This document shows, in pieces, positions 13,290 to 31,103 of a stretch of 64,000 nucleotides of DNA. Each line of letters starts with the position of its first letter. Positions within the stretch are counted from its first letter, which is position 1. The DNA comes from the human T2T-CHM13v2.0 reference genome, Homo sapiens, in assembly GCF_009914755.1 (NCBI RefSeq), contig NC_060936.1. One strand, 5' to 3'. Made by a program: the position numbers and the translations under genes. The notes under the pieces were generated by a model. That model was not told the DNA's origin. It saw only the letters and a program-made list of their open reading frames with translations, and did no database searches.

Positions 13290-14920
13290 ATATTTATAGT
13301 ATATGGCATGCCGTTTTGATATACAAATTATATATACATTAAATATATACATTATATATGTGTGTGTATATACACACACACACACACCCCTTGTGAAATT
13401 ATTAAATCAAGCTGGTTGACATATCCATCACCTTACATACATATCATTATTTTGGTGTGGTGAGAACATTTAAAAATCTATTCTCTTAGCAATTTTCAAG
13501 TATATAATAAGTTATTATTAGCTACAGTAGCCTTGCTGTACAATAGATTTCCGGAACTTATTCATCTTGTCTAATTGAAGCTTTGTACCCCTTGACCAAC
13601 ATCTCCCCTTCTCTCCCCTACCTGCCCCCCGACCCTCACAACCACCATTCTACTCTCTGCTTCTATAAGTTCAGTTACTTTAATGAATATTAAGCCCCAG
13701 GACATTACTGCACACTACTGTAGACTTTACAAACACTATACACTTAGGCTGGCTACACTAAATTTATAAAAAGTTTTCTTTCAATTATAAACTTAGCTTA
13801 CTGTAACTTTTTTATTTTATAAATTTTTAATTTTTTTGACTTTTGATTCTTTTGTAATAATACTTAGCTTAAAACACAAGCACATTGTATAGCTGTACAA
13901 AAATACTTTCTCATATATCCTTATTCTGTAAACTTTTTTTCTATTTACATTTTATTTTTAACTTTCAATTTTTTTTATTGAAAACTAAGACTCAAACACA
14001 CACAAATTAGCCTAGGCTTACACAGGGTCAGGATAATCAATATCACTGTCTCCCAACTCTGCAAATTGCCCCACTGGAAGTTCTTCAAGGGCAATAACAT
14101 GCATGGAGCTGTTATCTCCTGTGATGACAACGCTTGCTTCTGGAATACCTCCTGAAGGACATGCCTGAGGCTGTTTTACAATTAATTTTAAAAAATAAGT
14201 AGAAGTAAACCCCAAATAACAATAAATAGTATAGTAAATACATAAACCAGTAATGCAGTCATTTATTATTGAGCATTATGTACTGTACATAATTGCATGT
14301 GCTAGACTTTTGTTATGATGGACAGAACAGTAGGTTTGTTAACATCAGCATCACCATAAACATGTAAGTAATGCATTGCACTACAATATTGAGACAGCTA
14401 TGATGTCACTAGGTGATACAAAATTATCAGCTCCACAATAATCTTATGCATCCACTGTCATATAAAACAGTCTGTCATTGACCAAAATGTCATAATGTGG
14501 CAAATGACTGTGCATCACATTGTCTGTACTCATTCATCCATTAGTGGACACTTTGTTGATTCCATATCTCAGCTAGTGTGAATAATGTATTGAACATGGG
14601 CGTTCAGATATCTCTTTGAGATACTGATTTTATTTCCTTTGGCTATATGCCCAGTAATGGGATTTCTGGATCATGTGATGGCTCTATTTGCAATCTTTTG
14701 AGGAAACTTCACATTATTTTCCATAATGGCTGTAGTAATTTACATTCCCACCAATGTGTGCATAGGTTCCCTTCTGCCACATCCTCGCCAATACTTACTA
14801 TGTTTAGTCTTTTTGATAATGGCCATTTTAATGAGTGTGAGGTGATATTGTGGTTTAATTTGCTTTTCCCTGATGACTTGTGATGTTGGGCATTTTTCCA
14901 TGTACCTGTCGGTAATTTGT
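13290..14920 (-). mobile_element. L1MA-type 3' fragment split by Tigger1
   Basis: Antisense L1MA 3'UTR motifs at 13390-13680 continuing at 14510-14920. Confidence 0.7.
13700..14510 (+). mobile_element. Tigger1 DNA transposon fragment
   Basis: CACTACTGTAGACTTTA...GGGTCAGGATAATCAATATCACTG...ATGACTG terminal. Confidence 0.85.
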
Positions 14921-15560
14921 ATTAGACAAAACATACTTTAAATCAAAACTTTTACAATAGAAATAGAGGACATTATATATTAATAAAAGGGCCAATTCAT
15001 ACATAAGATATAACAATTATAAATATATACACACCAAATAATGGGGTCCTAAAACATATGAGGCAAACAATGAATGAACTGAAGTAAGAAATAGACAGTT
15101 CTACAATAACAGTTGCTGATTTCAACATTCCACCTTCAGTGATGGGTAGAACAGCCAGACAGAAGGTCAATAAAGAAATAGAGGACTTGAACAACATTAA
15201 AAACCAGCTAGACCTAACAGACCTCTCTAGAACGTGCCACCCAACAACTTCAGAATACACATTTTTTCAAGTGCACATGGAACATTTTCCAGAATGAGGC
15301 ATGTTAGGCTACAAAAGAAGTTTGAACAAATTCATAAAGATTGAAATTATATGAATTATATTCTCCAAACGCAATGAAAGGAGGTAGGAATCAATACCAG
15401 AAGCAAAACTAGTTAATTAAAAAAGCATGCAGACATTAAACAATACACTCTTAAACAACCGATGGGTCAAAGAAAAAAAATTATAAGGGAAATAAGTCAT
15501 TCTGGGAATGAATGAAAATGAAAACATAAAATACCAAAACATATGGAATGCTTATGGAAC
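14921..15560 (+). mobile_element. Old L1M ORF2 endonuclease-region fragment
   Basis: Degenerate EN coding sequence (ATATATACACACCAAAT, GATTTCAACATTCCACCTTCA, GAATACACATTTTTTCAAGTGCACATGG). Confidence 0.8.
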
Positions 15561-16289
15561 AACTGTGAGTATGCTCAACAGAGGGAGTATAGGTGGTGCA
15601 CGAGCATGCAGGATGGGAAAGAAAGTGTGTACATATTTCCATAGATGCTGTGCGTGACTCCACATTTCTCTGTTGAGAGAATGCACCAGAATACATGTGT
15701 CTCAGCAGGTGGGGAAAAGGGCCAAGAGAAGGGCATCTGTAGGCTCACTTGTGATAAAAGAGTGTGTGTGTGTTGGCCGTGGGGCAGAGCGTGGACGAGA
15801 GAGACCGAGATGAGGTATAAGAGTGTGTGTGAGAGAGGCTGGAGGAGAGAGTGTGAAAGTGTATACAAGACCCTGTGACAAAGGGTGTGAGTGTGTGCGT
15901 GTGTGTGTTAGAAAAAGAGTGGGTATGTCTCTTTAAGGGAGAAAAGGCTAGAGACAAAGGAAATGTGTTTTTGAGAAAGTGAATTCCTTTATTTAATAGT
16001 TGTGTGTGTCACAGAGGAAGAGGTCTCCCATGGGAAGGGATCCCAGCCATGTCCCATCAAACCTAACCTGCTCCTGCCCTGACCCCAAACCCCAGCCCCC
16101 AGGGCCCCATCTGCCCCATCGGCCTCTCTGGCTGTACCATAGACCTCAAAGTCAAGAAAAGGTCTTTTCGGCTTCCTTCCCTAGCGCCCTAGAGCTGTGC
16201 TACACCATTTGGTAACAATTAGTTGCATGTAGTTTGTTAAATGAAAATGAATTAAGATTAGAAATTCAGTCCTTAATTATGCTAAGGGA

Positions 16290-16748
16290 ACTAGGACAGA
16301 TGCAGAAAGAAAAAAATATTGCATGATCTCACATGTGAAATCTAAAAACGCAAAAGTCAGTTATACAGAAATAGTGAATAAAACAGGGCTGATGGGCCGG
16401 AGGTGGGGAGAGGGAATGGAGAGACGTAGGTCACAGGATGCAAAGTAGCAGCTATGGATGACGAATAAGTCTAGAGATCTAATGCACAGCAAGAGCACTA
16501 CAGGGAATATGAGACGAACAAGTCTAGAGATCTAATGCACAACAGGAGTACTACAGGGAATACGACTGCACACATTTGAGATGCCTGCTAACTCTTAGCT
16601 GCTCTTGCCACAACCCACACCCACCACCAAAAAAAAAGGTGGTAACTGTAAGATGACAGATACTTTAATTTGCTTCACTATAGTAACATTTCACTAGATG
16701 TATCCCATAACATAATTTAAATATACATGATAGCATTTATTTAAAAAA
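16290..16748 (+). mobile_element. L1MA 3' end with ~53-bp internal tandem duplication, inside a MER3/33-type hAT remnant
   Basis: L1MA 3'UTR motifs; GACGAA(T/C)AAGTCTAGAGATCTAATGCACA...ACTACAGGGAATA occurs twice. Confidence 0.65.
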
Positions 16749-17060
16749 CTTCAGCTCCTCATCTGCACTATCCACATTTCAAGTGCTGAACCGAGATGTG
16801 TAGCTGTTTACATCAGTTTGTGCAGCACAGAGAACGTTTCCATATTTCTCAACATTAGAGTTGATACCCTGTCAGAGACCTTTGATTCTCTGTTAAAAAA
16901 AATTAAATTAAAATCCCTGATGCTCTCCACCCCACCCCACACATACCCCACTTCAGCAGAGGAGCTCCAGAGACCTTCAGCATCAGAGCCAGGGCTGGAA
17001 TCCTGTTGGTTGGGGGCATTTTTCTGACTTCAGCTCCTCTGGACAAAGATGCTCCATTCA

Positions 17061-17061
<1 letters not shown>

Positions 17062-17105
<44 letters not shown>
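17062..17105. repeat. (CA)n microsatellite
   Basis: Seen directly. Confidence 0.95.
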
Positions 17106-17107
<2 letters not shown>

Positions 17108-17783
17108 CTCCCCTTCATTCCAGATGTGGTCCAGAGCTGTCCACGCACAGTCTGATGACGCAGATCTCAAGAGATGTTTTCTATTAAAACAGCGAATGAA
17201 AGAAAGAATGGAAAAAATAGGGTAATTACACGTATTCATTCATTCACCTTGAGATCAGCATCCATTTGTGGCAGGGTGATTGCCAGTGAGGTAGGCATCT
17301 TGGGGCCCCATCTTTTAATATATAATAGGGAAAACATGCCATTACTTGCCAGCTCCTATTGAGAGCAACTGTGGTCAGAACCCTCCAGAAAGAGGAAGAG
17401 GAGATGCGGGGTCCTTGGTGCAGTAACATGCTTCTTAGATACTAAGAGAAAAGAAAGAAGAAGCTGAGGAAATGATACAGTTTCTAGGCCCTTACTGACA
17501 TGGTGACTTTTCTCTGGGTACTTATCTTGTCTCTTCCAATTTCAATCACCTCTTAAAGGCCCCACCTCTCAATACTGCCACACTGGAGATTAAGTCCGCA
17601 CGTGAAATATGGGGGACACATTCACACAATCAGTACATAGTATTCATTTGAACTATAAATATGCAAAATAAATATAGTAATTTCAGTTTTCATTTGAAAG
17701 ATAAAGAATGATCTCTTTTTTTTTCTTTTGCTTTCACAGAGGAAGGCATTGCAACAAAAAAGAAGCCTTAAAAGGAAATCCAT

Positions 17784-18129
<346 letters not shown>

Positions 18130-18483
18130 CTACACTTAAAGCAGTAAGTAAAACTGCTGCATTAAACAAAACAAAACATCAAAAAACCTTAAAAAAATTA
18201 GAGTAAAATCTTCAAGACGCTTTCATGTCATGGGCCATGGGGTCTTCCCACATGGCCTTAAGTGCTTTTGGAAGAGTGATCTCTAAAAACAGAATAAAAA
18301 CAAGAAGAAGTGGTTATTAAGAAACAAAGGCAGCAGCGCAGTTTCTCAGTGGGGAGCACCTTGGAAACCCATGGGGAGTGTGTGCTTGTCACAGGGATTG
18401 GGGCCACTGTTGGCATTGAGATGCTGTAGGTAGCAGGCACTAGAAGTCCTGAAAAGTGTGAGGAGTTCCAGGGATCAGCAAAT

Positions 18484-18768
18484 TTCTTCTTCTTCTTCTT
18501 CTTTTTTTTTTAAATTTGAGACAGGGTCTCACTCTGTCACCTAGGCTAGAGTGCAGTGGTGCAAACGCAGCTCACTGCAGCCTCAACCGCCAGGGCTCAA
18601 GTGATCCTCCCAAGTAGCTGGGACCACAGACACCTGGCTAATTTAAATAAATTTTTGTAATGACAAGGTTTCATCATGTTGCCCAGGCTAGCCTCAAACT
18701 CCTGGGATCAAGTGATCCTCCCAACTCGGCCTCCCAAAATGCTGGGATTACAGGCTTGAGCCACCAGA
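18484..18768 (-). mobile_element. AluJ inside a MER58-like element (~18467-18925)
   Basis: AluJ diagnostics (GGGTCTCACTCTG, GCTCAAGTGATCCTCC); flanks CAGGGATCAGCAAAT...GTAAATATTTTAGGCT...TTTGCAGACCTG. Confidence 0.85.
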
Positions 18769-20161
18769 CTGTAAATATTTTAGGCTGTGGAAGGTACTGT
18801 AAGTTCTCTGTCACAACCACCTTAATGTTGTCACTGTGGCATGGAGCAGCCCTAGGAAACCCACCAATAAAACTTATTTACCAAAACAGGCAGCCTATCA
18901 ATGAGTCATATTTGCAGACCTGAGTCTGGGCATTCTGCGATGCGCTGTGTCGGTTTCGCTTCAGCATGGCAAGAGGCACATGACAAAAACTGGCATGAAA
19001 GGAGCTGTTGGAATCAAGGGGCAGGAAAGGACTTCCCTAGAGGATCAGCTAGAAGACGGACGGACATTCTGGGAAGAGAGCAGACACATTCTGGAGGAAA
19101 TAAAGGATTTTCGTTTTAAGGGGATAGGAGGCAAGGGAAGAAGCTGAGAGGGTCTGTGGGTCTGAAATGGGGTCTCTAGGTAGGAAAATGCGTGAGACAA
19201 ATGCAAGGCTGAGAGCAGGAGACGGGGGTCCGCTGCACCGAGTGTGCACAGTTGCAAGCACCGCAGGGGCATCTGCGGCTGTGGGTGGAGAGAAAATCCT
19301 GGAGCACACATCTGAGAGGGGAGGTATGGGTGGGAGTGGCAGGGTGTGTAAGAGAGCATGGGTGACAGGTGAGGGGCTCATGTGTGCAACTGTGCATTCT
19401 GCGAGTGAGAAGGTCTCGGACTGAGGAACTGCATTCAGTGCTCAGGGGTGAGAGTCCCCACGCAAGAACCTGGGGTGTCAACCAAAAAGACCCACACCCA
19501 GGCAGGGCCCTGCGACCTCTGGCGCCACGTGCTGGTTGACAGATTCCACTACCTGAGAAAGGTCCCTCCAGTCCCCTCATTGATCAGCTGTAGATCATAA
19601 ACGGAGCCACAACCCAGGAGCCCCTCCCGCCAACTCACGTCAGCAGAAAAGCCTTGTGGGTGGGCGTGTGTCCACTTCTGCTCCTCTGGACAAAGATGCC
19701 CACGTCGGAAACGCCCATCTGACGCTCCCACCACTCCGATACAGCCCCACCTGCACAGCTCAGAGCACGACCACTGACCTTCTCTGTAGCCCTTGGGATA
19801 TATTTGCTATTGAAAGAACAAAATAAAGTATGTTTATCAAGATTAAATAAGCAAGTCATTAATGGAGGAATTCATTCATTTAACATTCAATTACGGAGGG
19901 CTCACTGCAAACCAGGTTCTCAGTATTTTGAGGGCCTAGTAGGAGGAAACTCTTTAAATGTCAGCTTCTACTGAGAAATGTTGCGGATAGAATATGCTGG
20001 AAAAAAAAAAAGAAATGTAGAGATTCTGGGTTTGGTGCTACTGTGTATTTATCTGATACTGTAAAGAAATAAAGATGCAGAATAAATAGAATTTTATTTC
20101 AGCCCCTACCCATGTGGTGTGCTGCGTTCAAGGTGGTTTACTTAGATTGTCTCCATTTTGA

Positions 20162-20510
<349 letters not shown>

Positions 20511-22220
20511 ACTCCCTCTATTTTTTAAGCCTTCCGCTGAATTAGAACCGTGACATTTTGCTTTTTTTTTTTAAAGAAATGGAGTGATGGCTCAGAGATG
20601 AAATAATCAAATCCATGATTAAATGTAAAGTAAGTAAAATGGAGGGTCTAGCAAACCGATAAATAAATGGTCACTGAGTTGGGCTATGGAAAACCAAGAT
20701 CTGGAAGATGGAGGGGTCTGCCACCCTCATCTGGTAAACTGGAACCCTTTCTCTGCCTTTCATTTATCTGGGACCCTGAACTGTCCTTCAGCCAGGCTCC
20801 CCATACCCTTGGAGGTGCCTAGGTTGGGGGCGGGGGAGCTGTGTCCAAACATCCAGACCAGGGCTGCTGAGGCCCCTCCCCAGGGACTAGAGCAGGAAGG
20901 GTTTCTTGGAAGCCCTAGTGTAAGGAACTTACACTGTGCTTTTGGCCGCCCGGGAACCACACCTCCTTTATCTGGTGGCAGCCCCACATTCCATCTGAGG
21001 AATGACCTGACTCCACCCAGTCCAGTCCTGGCTTGGTGCCAGGGGAAGGGGCTGCCAGCCAGGGTTGCTGCCCTTCTCTGGGTGACCCGTGAGATGCCTT
21101 CTGGGGTATTTAATCTTGGGACAACTCAAGATGGAGTTCCAGAGTCCCTGATTCCTGACCTCTTCCAACTGGGAGCCTCTGCCAGATTTTCTGTCCATCA
21201 TATTCCTCGTCAACCTCTCCAAACATCCCTAATCTGCAGAAGGTAGCTGGTTGGTTCTGAAGGTTGGAACTCAGCAACGCTTTCTGCCATTGAAAGATCT
21301 AGACGCATCTCACAGCAGGTAATGGCACAGCTAACCTTGCCACTCACCTCTTGGGTATTGGCTTTTCCTAAACATCTACACGGAGGCAGCTGTCCCCAAG
21401 GCTGATTTCCAGGACCAGGAATCATAGACCCTCACATCAGCAGTATATAATCCTACTACAGTTAAAATATTAGGATTAAAAAAAGGAGAAAATGTGGAAG
21501 AAATTATATTTATTTCATATTAAATTGAACCATAATTATTATATTCATTTATTTATTTATTTGGTCAAAACCATATATTTTGGATCCATACTCAGGGTTG
21601 CAGTCCCAGTTCTCAATTCCACATTGTACCATGGTTGGTAAGTTAAACACAAGAATGGGCATCTTAAGGCAAGTTGAAGAACACGGGAATATAAGTAAAT
21701 TAATAACCGGTTCTTTTAGAAGTGATCAGAAATTCTCTCTGGGAGAACCAGCTTTGTCTCAGTACTTATGGAAATATTCCTATAGGGAGAAACAACTCCG
21801 TGGGGGCTTAGTTTAGCGGGTTTTCTCCAGGTCAATCAGGCTTCAAGGTTTCAAGGCAGAAGGAAGGGGGTAGTGTAGACGCGTGGAGGCTACTGAAAAT
21901 GTTGGCTGCAAATTGACCCAGGAATTTAAACCATGGTGATTTCCATTAACCTCCTAAGGAAGAGGGAGGAAAATCTCAGGTCTCGAGAGATGTAAATGTC
22001 ATGAAAACTGAGCATGGACGGCGTCGTGTTGGTCCTGGCTCAGTGGTGGGTGTTTCAGGAAGGGGTGGACCTGTACCAGCACCGGGGCGCCCCAGATCCC
22101 TTTTTGAATCTCAACTCAGTGCCTCCTGGGGGTGGCTGCAGGTTTTATTTGTATCCTAAATGAGTGGCATGTTAACAGGGTCTGCAACTGTCACTAAGTA
22201 AAACCTCCACAGGATCTTAG

Positions 22221-22580
<360 letters not shown>

Positions 22581-22854
22581 CAGGCCAGAAATTTCTAAAT
22601 AAATAAAATATAACTGCAACTTGTGAATTATCCATATGACCTCCTCATCTCTATGAATCTCAAAACTATTTAAAATTAGCTTCATTACTTTTGACCATTA
22701 ACTATTTTACATTTAATTGAGAGACAAAACAAGTCAACAGTAACGTTTCTTCTTTCTTATCACTGTTTGGCAATAATACCAAGGAGAAAAATCTTGCTCA
22801 TAAGATGGGAATAAAACATGGCCAAATTCTGTCTCCCCTTTGTTTATTTATTCT

Positions 22855-23140
22855 AATTTCTTTATTAGCACATAATTATCAACACGTTTAGGGGGTTTCG
22901 ATACATATGATGTGTGGTGATCAGATCAGGGTAATTAACACATTCATCATCTCAAACGTTTATCATTTCTTTATGCTGGGAACATTCAATATCCTCCTTC
23001 CAGCTATTTGAAACTATATAATATGTTCTTGTGAACTATAGTCATCCTACAGTGGTATACATCACTAGAACTTATTCCTCCTGTCATGGTCACTGTAACT
23101 TTGTATCTTCTGGCAAATCTCTCCTTATTCCTCTTTTCTC
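22855..23140 (-). mobile_element. L1MA 3' fragment
   Basis: GATCAGATCAGGGTAATTA...CTAGAACTTATTCCTCC. Confidence 0.7.
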
Positions 23141-24052
23141 TTACTTTAGAACATAGTACGGCCTAATAATTGCTTAGCAAACATTCTGCTTATCCATCTT
23201 CCTGGACCTGTTTCTAAGTGCTTTAGCTAAAATAAGTGAGAATTTATATCATGAATTAGTTCAGGGTGAATATTCACAACACTGAAAGTTTTAAATGATA
23301 GAGAAGCCATCAATATTAATTAAATTAAACTGAGAGGTTTTTTTTAAACTTGCCATTGTATTGACTGAAGATTAAACATGAAATCTTTACACACACATGT
23401 ATGACTATAATATATTGTATAATATATATAGTACCTATATATACATACTTATATAAAATGTACTAATATAAGTAATATGTAAATATAATATAGCATAATA
23501 TACAATTATGTAATATATAATATATATAATAATACATAATCTAAGTAATAATGAAGTAGAATATCTAGATTTAATTTATTTATATAAACCTTCTCCTAGA
23601 AGTAAAAGCATCCTTAATAAACAGTAGCCAAAGCAATGGGCTGTGAGATTTGCAAACACTCAAGAAAAGAAATGCCTTTTTAAATGTGAAGTTCAATATC
23701 ATGTAAAATTGTAACACAATTTGGAAATTTTGTTTCTTAATAATATTTAAGTAATAAATTGGAAAGATCAACTATGGGCTATTGTAAAGCCATTGTTGTC
23801 TAAAGTGACTCTTAAGTGAAAATGACATCAATATCCCCTTAAATCACAAAATTAGTGAGAAAAAGTAGTAACCAAAATCTGAAAGTGTGACCCAGCTGCT
23901 GTTGCACGTCTCCTGTCCCTGATCGCACCTTACAGCGCATCACTGGCCTGATCACTGCTGGCTCTGGGCAGGTGAGACCTGACAGGGCCTCACCCTTGGA
24001 CTCCATCAACCCTTAGTGGGTGTTGGAGAATCATGGACATTCACCCACAATC

Positions 24053-24360
24053 TTTTTTTTTTTTTTTGAGATGGAGTCCCACTGTCTCACCCAGGCTGGA
24101 GTGCAGTGGAGTGCAGATCTTGGCTCACTGCAACCTCTGCCTCCTGGCTCCTGGGTTCAAGAGATTCTCCTGCCTCAGTCTTCCGAGTAGCTAGGACTAC
24201 AAGCACATGCCACCACACCTGGCTAATTTTTGTATTTTTAGTAGAGACAGGGTTTCACCATGTTGGCCAGGATAGGCCAGAACTCCTAACCTCAAGTGAT
24301 CCACCTGCATGGGCCTCCCAAAGTGCTGAGATTACAGGCGTGAGCCACCCCACCCAGCCT
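24053..24360 (-). mobile_element. AluS
   Basis: Full Alu; CACAA flanks. Confidence 0.93.
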
Positions 24361-25409
24361 CATCCACAAACTTATGTGTGCCAATTCCCTGAATGTTCTG
24401 CGCTCTACTTCCGTAACTGGAGCCAGCCTCTCCAGGGGTCACGCTGCTGCCTGGACAGACGCCTTAGATGGGGTCTGTTCCTCCCATCACCATTGGCTTT
24501 GTGCATTCATTCCTTCTCGTGAGAGCTGCCAGCGCTTTGCCATCATTGCTCTAGGGTGTCAGCTCCTAGTTTTCTGCTTTTTTACCAAACCATGACCATC
24601 TCAATGCTGGGTGCACCACCGGGCATCTTCTGCAACACGACATTCTCATTCCCCTGCTGGGACTACTGCAGATAAATACATTATGCAGCAGGTTATAGAA
24701 TATTGTTTTCTTGACATCTAGTGGGAATCTTGAGCATTTGCTCATTAACGTGGTCATCAGGACTCCCAAATTCCCTACAAGGTAAATGTACAGGATCAAT
24801 AAATAGCCTAAGTCGTTTCATGCCTCCTGTGATAGCCACCGGCCCTTCTTTCTGCTCAGAAATGGGCCTGGCTGGCTGACAAAATCCTACGTAAACTCAA
24901 AGCCCAACTAAGTGGCTGCTTCCTATATAAGCTTTTTTAAAGCTCAAGATAAATCGTTTCCACCATTTTTTGTTCTGTCATGAGAAATTACACACCGATC
25001 TCACAGAATCCTACTCGCAAGTTTTAGTTTGAATTGTGTCTTTTTCAGTTTTTTTTTCCCCCTTAGAGAATATAGGAGGGCTGGACCCTGTCTTTATATT
25101 TGGGTGAGGAATGACCTAGAATCCAGCAAAACATAAACTACAAAATGATCACTTTATAAACAAAATCCAACTTGATCCAATCATTGGACATCAATCCTAC
25201 ATCTTATTTCCCGAGACTTCATTTCCTTTGTCTAGACACTGAATCACTGAGGCTCATCTCATCCCATTATAAATCATATTTGAGTAGTTCCAAAATTAGG
25301 TATTTTCAAAAATATATACAAAGAATGAAAGAATATTCATTTAATATGTGATACACTTTTAGTGGGGGAAATAGTAAGATTATATTTATTGAAGTTATTT
25401 AAAACTTGA

Positions 25410-25700
25410 GTCTGGGCACAGTGGCTCATGCTTGTAATCCCAGCACTTTGGGAGGCCGAGGCTGGTGGATCATATGAGGCCAGGTGTTCAAGACCAGCCT
25501 GAGCAACATGGTAAAACCCCGATCTACCAAAAATGCAAAAATTAGCCAAGCGTGGTAGTGCACGCCTGTAATCCCAGCTTCTTGGGAGGCTGAGGCATGA
25601 GAATTGCTTGAACTGAGAGGCAGAGGTTACCGTGAGCTGAGATGGTGCCACTGCACTCCAGCCCCTGGGCGATAGAGCGACACTTTGTTTAAAAAAAAAA
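25410..25700 (+). mobile_element. Alu (old S/J)
   Basis: Full Alu with poly-A. Confidence 0.92.
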
Positions 25701-26666
25701 TAGTTATCTAAAAGTTGAAAATGAAGCTGTTCTTCTATAAATTAAGTAGACATTAATCACTTAAATTAACCTAGCCTCTTCCATGATATCTGTAGATTCA
25801 TTATTCCTTTTGCTCAAGATCTGAGTCTCTCTGAGTCATCTGATGCCATGAGGAATCATATTTAAAGAGGACCAGAACTAGGCCTCTCTTTAAAAAAGTA
25901 TATAGAAAGAGAAAAGTTATTTAATCTGTGATAAAATGTGAGATGGGAAAAATAGCAAGATGATATTAGAATCATTTGAATTTTGAAACGAAACTACAAA
26001 TATCTCAGTAGGGGATTTTTATACACAGAAGGGGATTAAAAAGAAAAGACTCAAGGCTGGTTCAAGGGAAAGAAAAGTACGATTTACTTCACTGTTAATG
26101 ATTTCTACTTGAAAACATAAGCAGCAGAGAAAACATTCCCCGTTCTTCAACTCTGGCTTGTATCCTAACACTATGAAGTGCCTAATACCCAGAGTTTAAT
26201 GGTCATTTTTCACAATTTAAATTATTCCTACTATTTATCAAAAATTTTTAGGATAAAAGATGAACAATTTACTTCCAAAGATGGAAGTAAATAAAAACTC
26301 TCTAAAATTTTCTCATTGAGATGCATGCACCTATTACCTTTGAGTCTGATGTATATAAATTTATAGAACTTTGTAAAATTGCAAATGCAATCACACTGAT
26401 AATCTATTTTAGGATTCTAAGCAAAGCTTGATGTGTATAGTATATATCAGCAAAACCATTGCTACTAAAAAATGCTGGAATAATCCCTAAAATAGGCTTA
26501 TAATATTAGTAGGTTAGGTCTAATCTAATCTAAAGTGATGGCAATTTAATCTTATCTTCTTTTTCAAGGTAAATATTATCAGGATGAAGGGTTTTACTAA
26601 GAATATTGTGGACTGCAGATTTATCACCAATAAAAACCTCATTCCCGATATAATTAAATAAACGCC

Positions 26667-26763
26667 TGATTAGGTTAGAGGGGGTGGCAGGGTGTGATCA
26701 TGGAGGATTAGAGGGAGTGGAAGGGTGTGATCATGGAGGGTTGGGCAATCTTGCCAATAAAAG
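26667..26763 (+). promoter_or_regulatory. Putative promoter of RFPL unit 1: DUX4-type motif, 33-bp tandem repeat, TATA-like AATAAAA
   Basis: TGATTAGGTTA (rc TAACCTAATCA) at 26667-26677; AATAAAA at 26756-26762; same layout as the unit 2 promoter. Confidence 0.65.
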
Positions 26764-26785
26764 GCTCTCCTATGCCCTTTCCCCA

Positions 26786-29504
<2,719 letters not shown>

Positions 29505-30336
29505 ACCCCCACTGCATAGAAACAGGATCGGGAAATTAAATTACTTGGTGGGTAGACCTAGGAAGTTTCTGTTGGGTATACATATTTTACAAAATCATAG
29601 CAGAAAAATATAGACCATTCCATGATGTAGTTAACTTCATAGATTCATTAGAATAGAAGCTGAGTTTTAAATATTGATTATTGTCACCATCAAACGTGTT
29701 GAGTTTTGTGTTTATATTTTGTTTCCTAATGATATGTTTTGTATTCTTAATTTCCAAATGCTTTACCTTTTATTTCTGTAAGTTCGGCTTTATGTATTAT
29801 GGAGTTTATAAGTTAAATAAATATTTGGCTGTAACCAAATGGATTATGTGAGTTTCTAAATAATAGGGGTGCAACACTTTTTATTCATAGTGCAATGTGT
29901 GGGTGGGGGGGTGGGCAGGGGTGTGTGTGTGTGTGTATTTGAACAAAACAAATGTGGATAAATACCTGTGTCTTATCCAGCACTGAACAACTTTCCACCA
30001 CCACAGCTCCGTGTAGCTAACATTGTCTTGGACATGAGATTGTCTACATTAACAATGGTAATTCCCCCACTGTAGAATGTACTGCTTTGTCTCGAGTGCA
30101 CTCCTGGTAATACCTGACTCTGATCAGCCGATCCTTCCTCCTTCCGTTATCCCTGTGGGGTCCTCAGTGCTGTGCTCCTCTGGCTGGCACAGCTCTGGTC
30201 ACTCTGGAGATGCATGCTGGGGGCCAGGCAGTCATGCTCTTATCACAAGTCAGTTCCCTGCAGGAGGGATCTACTGAAACTAGTGCTGGCTTTTCAAGTG
30301 TTCTTTGCATTTTAAACCATTGGCAACCTTTACATA

Positions 30337-30640
30337 CTTTTTTTTTAAGAGCCTCACTCTGTCACCCAGGCTGGAGTGCAGTGGTGTGATGTCAGCTAAC
30401 TGCAGCCTTGACCTCCCCAGGTGCAGGTGATCCTTCCACCTCCGCCTCCCTCTAGCCCCAGCTGGGACTACAGGTGTGCACCATCATGCCCAGCTAATTT
30501 CTCCTTTTTTTTTTTTTTAAATAGAAATGGGGTTTCACCATGTTCCCCACGCTGGTCTCAAACTCCTGGGTTCAAGCAATCTGCCCACCTTGACCTCCCC
30601 AAATGTTGGGATTACAGGTGTGAGCCACTGCTCCTGGCCT
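30337..30640 (-). mobile_element. AluJ
   Basis: Diverged full Alu. Confidence 0.88.
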
Positions 30641-30995
30641 TATATCCCATTTTTAAGAATCATTGAAGATGGTCAAGGGTCTGAGGTGTCAGCATTGTGA
30701 GCTGACTTAGAAAAGGCCCTGCCTCCCAGCCACGTGAATGTGCTGGGGATATATGCAATATTCTATGACTGAAAAGTACACTTTCAGCAGAATCAGGAAG
30801 ATCCCAGTATATGTATACCTGTCCTGACTGGCATAGGTAAGTTTCCCAGACTCTGACTCCAGAATTCATGAAGTTTCAGAAAAACTAGTGGAGGGAAAGG
30901 TAGGAGCAGGAGGAAAAGGAAGAAGCCAAGCAAAAGTGAAATTTTTGGTAAAACCCAAGTTTTAAAAATAAAATTTATTATTAATTAATTAATTA

Positions 30996-31103
30996 ATTTT
31001 TTTTAGAGACAGGGTCTCACTATGTTGCCCAGGCTGGTCTGGAACTCCTAGTGTCAAGCTATTCTCCCACCTCAGCCTCCCTAGTAGTTGAGGTTATAGG
31101 TGC
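30996..31103 (-). mobile_element. Alu monomer (FLAM/AluJ left arm)
   Basis: GAGACAGGGTCTCACTATGTTGCCCAGGCTGGTC... Confidence 0.8.

Noticed and set aside
20686-21246. 186-aa ATG-initiated ORF
   Set aside because: No recognisable domain or supporting gene structure; a protein database search would be needed to exclude it fully.
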